A stretch of 64,000 nucleotides of DNA from Phoronis australis (taxonomy: Eukaryota > Animalia > Phoronida): NCBI GenBank assembly GCA_002633005.1, contig NMRA01000212.1, positions 299,312-363,311 of the forward strand, read 5' to 3'. Shown here piece by piece: positions 59,912 to 64,000 of the stretch (position 1 is its first letter; each line of letters starts with the position of its first letter). The notes under the pieces are model-generated. The model was not told where the DNA came from. It saw only the letters and a list, made by a program, of their open reading frames with translations, and ran no database searches. The position numbers and the translations under genes were made by a program.

Positions 59912-61874
59912 GGTAGGTGTATACACTGGTCAAATCTCCAGGTTCCTATCTAAAATAAGTACAAAGGGGGTTTTAACTAGTTAGATATGACTCTGAAAGT
60001 GACAAAAATCAAGAAAAAAGTTTTTATTGTAGTTCGTTTTTTTAAAAAAATCGTATTTTTTATTTTTCAAAAAATCCAATTTTAACTCAAATTTTTTTCT
60101 CAAAATGCACAGGGATTATCATCAACTGTTTCCTTACGCAATATTCTACTTATACATACCAAATATATGTACAAAATCATGATCTTGATTTTGTGGCTTT
60201 TTTGCGTGTGAGTTGGGGCAAGCACGCCACTTTCTGTCATTTGGTCACTTTCCGTCTAATAACTAAAAATCTGGTCCATGTATCAAAAAACCCTGGCACG
60301 TGATTTTGCTTCAGTCCTAGAGGATTTCAAATTTGCAAATTTTGTAAAAATTGACCCACGTGTTGCGGAAAAATAGGCCCGAGAATCATGTCACTAATGT
60401 GAAATCACGAGCCGAGAAAAATGGCTTTGAAGTTAAGCGTGCTTCGATTGCTACTTGAGGTCAAAATTCGTTCAGAATGCGCGGTCATTCTGTTCCAATT
60501 TTTGTTGATGTACTAGAAATAAAGCTGATATTTACTTCATGTTTAGAAAATGTGACATACCTGTTTGTTTATAGCGTAATTTTAATCATTTTTGCGAACT
60601 TGTGGAGCACGACAGATGACCAAAACAAATATGGCTGCCACGTGGGCGGAGTACTGTACTGGTGTGCCGACCACACATCATTAAAACCATGTGTTGATTG
60701 TTTATGCGACTCATCTGAACTCTCCACTCAGAGTGGTAAAAGACTCTCTAACTGTATTACATAGACCTATTTGTTAGTATTCCAATATTATATGTAGTTA
60801 CCATTTCTTCATCAACCAATATATGTGTTATATCAAATCGCCGCGTTACTGTCTACATAACAATATTGGCAACGAGGATAAAGAACTACTTTCATCGTAA
60901 TGGTTCAACATTTTCACGTGCCTGTACCGCCAACATTTTGACCTAATTGACTTTGGGATGAGAAAATAGCACTTTCAGCACAAATAGCGTCGCTTGGGTG
61001 AGATTCTCAAGTTACCAAAGTTTCTTATATTGCTTTCCACTAAAATCATATAATATCATGAGTTTTAATTCAGGGATACGTTTGAATCTATGCACGAGAA
61101 CAATTTTGTTATGTTGAACACTAGGTCATTTCTCTAATTCTTTGGGTTATGGCCGGCGGCAAGTTAAAAAATCCCGAGTTTGGCAGCCTAGTTTCTCCAT
61201 GGCGCGTTCCTAGCACAGAAGCACGGTTTATCTCCAAAAACTACTCTGACGGCATGTAGTTGTCTCGTGCGCGACTTGTCTTCACAGCGCGTGCATGCAC
61301 TCTCATCGAATCGTGCAACACCTCCCACGTCGACGCTCAGCGTCCTCTCGTAAGCCACCTCGCCTTTCCGACTTCTCTTGCACACGCACAATTTCTGTAC
61401 TGACTCCTCAAGCTGAGTGCAGTGATGGCTTCGGTAGAATTTGGCGTACTCAACTTAATTTTTTTGCAGATGGACAAACAGACTCAGGTTCGGAACAGGA
61501 GCTAGTTCACCATTTCACCACCAACTTTCACATGGTCAAATATAAAATTATTTTATTTTTGGCCTTGCTACAACATCAATATCAGCTGGCGGGTACAGCA
61601 CTCTCGATTGCCCGGTTACGCAATGTTTGTTGACGGTTAGATTAGAGCTAGTGTCCTGGTATAAGCTCCGCCCCACTTGTCAGTCACTGAGCTGGTGAGC
61701 ACTCAAGCCATATGGCTTACTGAAGCTTGGTCAAATATAATTAAAAAAACAACTTTGGATCTTCAGAGTGGTTTTATTTTTCTTCAGTATACTGTGCATG
61801 AAGAATTGAAGATCAGGATGATATAAAAATGTAAAAAACAGTCAAAATTAATTTTTTTTGTGTATCCACCTAAC
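59912..61874. mobile_element. Kolobok-like non-autonomous element (~2 kb)
   Basis: TTAA|GGTAGGTGTATACAC ... GTGTATCCACCTAAC|TTAA (TIR 13/15). Confidence 0.7.
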
Positions 61875-62607
61875 TTAACCAAGATGAGAAGTTCCTCCTG
61901 GACTTGAATAACTGCAGTTCGTTATTCCTTGAGACCTTGCTCGGGACATTAAATGGCTCCCATGGCAAGCCTTACTTGTAGAGCATGGTCTCAAGTTATA
62001 ATGAATTGTTAGTTCTCTTTTAAGTCCAGAAATCTGCTTTAAGTTGACTGTAAAAAAACGATTTGAGGCCAATTGTAGCGGTAATTTGTCTAAGTCAAAT
62101 GTTTGCACGTGTTGGTGATGGAAGGCAGGTCTATAACTATTATAATAGACACTTAATGGATCGGTTTCCTTTGTTCACAGAATATCAAGTTACCACAGTA
62201 TGCCTCTATACTTAACTTGGAGAATATCTTGTCCTTGGTCAATGAACAAATATGTGCCCTTTTATTCAACCCAGCTGTGATATTTCATTCTTCACATTTA
62301 AGTCCCACACAGTACTAATTAGGACCAACTTCAAATCTTTATTGCATTCTGTCCTCGGTTTTATCATTTGTATTTAGAAATGTTAAAATAGTAGAAATGG
62401 AGAGCCAAATCAAACCCTCTTCAAAACATAAAACTAAATTTTTACACTCATCTGTAACAAAGACGGCACTGCGTGGGACTTTTATTTGTGAGCACATTCT
62501 TCTAGCATATGTTGAAAACTATCATACCAAGTTTCATTATGGTTTTATTTATTTGTATGCTATTACTGAAAATGACATTCCATTGTATTTGTTATGTTTG
62601 CTTTTAG

Positions 62608-62694
62608 GTTGGGTTTAATGACGTGGGAAAGATTATTGCCTTGGACGTGTCCTTGTATTCTAATGCTGGCATTAGCCTGGATCTGTCTTTGCCT
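62608..62694 (+). CDS. XDH: XDH exon 20
   Basis: VGFNDVGKIIALDVSLYSNAGISLDLSLP. Confidence 0.94.
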
Positions 62695-63624
62695 GTAAGT
62701 AAATGTATTTATGATGGCGTAAAATTAAAATTGAATGAGTTTTTGACGTACAAAAATGTGGCCGGAACAAAGTGAACTGAAAGCGAGGTTACAATAACAA
62801 AGAAAAACGCCCCTAAAGACACGTGACAATCATCAGCCTATAAGAGCCAAGAGCTGACCATTAACTCGAGGCCCGTGATAACAACAGACCAATGCGAAGG
62901 CTGGAAAAACGACGTGTAGTCCTGCACGAGGGAATAATGGAATAGAGCGAGATGAGGGGGAAAAGGAGTAAGGCGGGTCCATATGCTCACATAAATATAT
63001 TGAACTAGTGAAATATCATATTGTATTCTAATGCTGGCATTCTAAGCCTGGATCTGTCTTTGCCTTAAATGTATATGACTTTAAGTATTACATGTTATGC
63101 CTCTGTGTAAAGGGATTATCAAGGTTTGTGTGTCATTGGGAAACAGGGTGGTGACAGACACTAACGGCAATAAATTGTGACAAGAGTTGTTATTGGTTCA
63201 TTGCAAAAGTTAAACAAAAATGAGTATGGTCTGGAGTAATTCTTTTAATCGGGGGAATAATTTGAGGACCCTGATTGATGCTAATGATTGGTGGGTATAC
63301 AGAACAAGCTTACTAGATTGTAAACGTTTAGAAACCTATGTCAGTATATGCAGGATATTTGCTGTTCCAGTAGTCTGGTTTATAGTGCTACAAATCGGAT
63401 AAGATAATGTGTAATAAAATTTAAAATCGGGAAATACTGAATTGTGTAAAATGTGGCTTGCTTTTTAAAGTTCATGTATTCTAATTTGAAATATAATATC
63501 TAATTCCTAATTTTAATGAAATAAGCAAAATGGAATATTAATTGCAGTGAATTCTTGACTTGACATGTTAATGTAAAACAAAACAGTGAACTGCCTGGGC
63601 TGTAGGAAAAGATGTATTTTTCAG

Positions 63625-63816
63625 GTATTGGAACGAGGCCTGTTTCACATTGACAATGCTTATAAAATACCCAACCTGCGAGTCAATGGATTTGCTTGCA
63701 AAACCAACATTCCTTCCAACACAGCGTTTCGAGGATTTGGTGGGCCACAAGGAATGTTTGTGTGCGAGAGTATTATTTCCAATATTGCCTTAAAGCTTGG
63801 ACTTCCACCTGAACAG
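63625..63816 (+). CDS. XDH: XDH exon 21 (last exon in the window)
   Basis: [44 protein letters not shown]...PEQ. Confidence 0.96.
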
Positions 63817-64000
63817 GTTGGTGGGAAATTAAACACTGCTTTGTTTTGATTCTTTGTTGTAGACAAACACTGGCTTATTGACTGTCTATTGACGTTGTCA
63901 CAGGACTCTTTACTAATTGATAAATAATTGTTTTTCCTTCTTGCCTACAATGTGCATGTCATGGAACACATTGACTGTTAATGTCACTGGTGGATTGTGG

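Larger units (their letters stand above)
24652..63816 (+). other. XDH: Xanthine dehydrogenase/oxidoreductase gene span (5' two-thirds; continues beyond the window)
   Basis: 2Fe-2S motifs ([23 protein letters not shown]), FAD domain (WFAGHQIRNVA, RREDDIA) and Moco domain ([31 protein letters not shown]). Confidence 0.96.

Noticed and set aside
24652-63816. Aldehyde oxidase instead of XDH, or an XDH pseudogene
   Set aside because: Glu802 and Arg880 equivalents are present, and all visible exons are open and in phase; the only break coincides with an assembly gap.

Overview
This is AT-rich, intron-rich animal genomic DNA, probably a bilaterian invertebrate (repeat content suggests a mollusc; inference). 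It has assembly gaps (N at 10146, 12277-12408, ~22823-22829, 42132, 44822-44924, 56655). It contains three spliced genes. (1) The 5' part of PSME4/PA200 on the minus strand: 12 coding exons, ATG 9325, running off the left edge. (2) A complete 4-exon acylphosphatase (ACYP2-like, 98 aa, 9655-16927), head-to-head with PSME4 across 329 bp, the same arrangement as human PSME4-ACYP2. (3) The 5' two-thirds of xanthine dehydrogenase (XDH, ATG 24652, running off the right edge); one exon is lost in a gap and one is present twice. Most other ORF-track entries are spurious. Notable points: two consecutive U12-type introns flank the XDH [2Fe-2S] exon; a 30-bp tandem repeat multiplies a PSME4 5' splice site in frame; a Helentron/DINE-like element carries an oriented array of CTCF-like motifs; there is an AG|GT junction followed by an open in-frame 171-nt segment in XDH; and many non-autonomous DNA transposons have readable TIRs and TSDs (Kolobok-like, pogo-like, CA-ended MITEs with 5-bp TSDs, a nested foldback). 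I found no evidence for a wholly new gene system.
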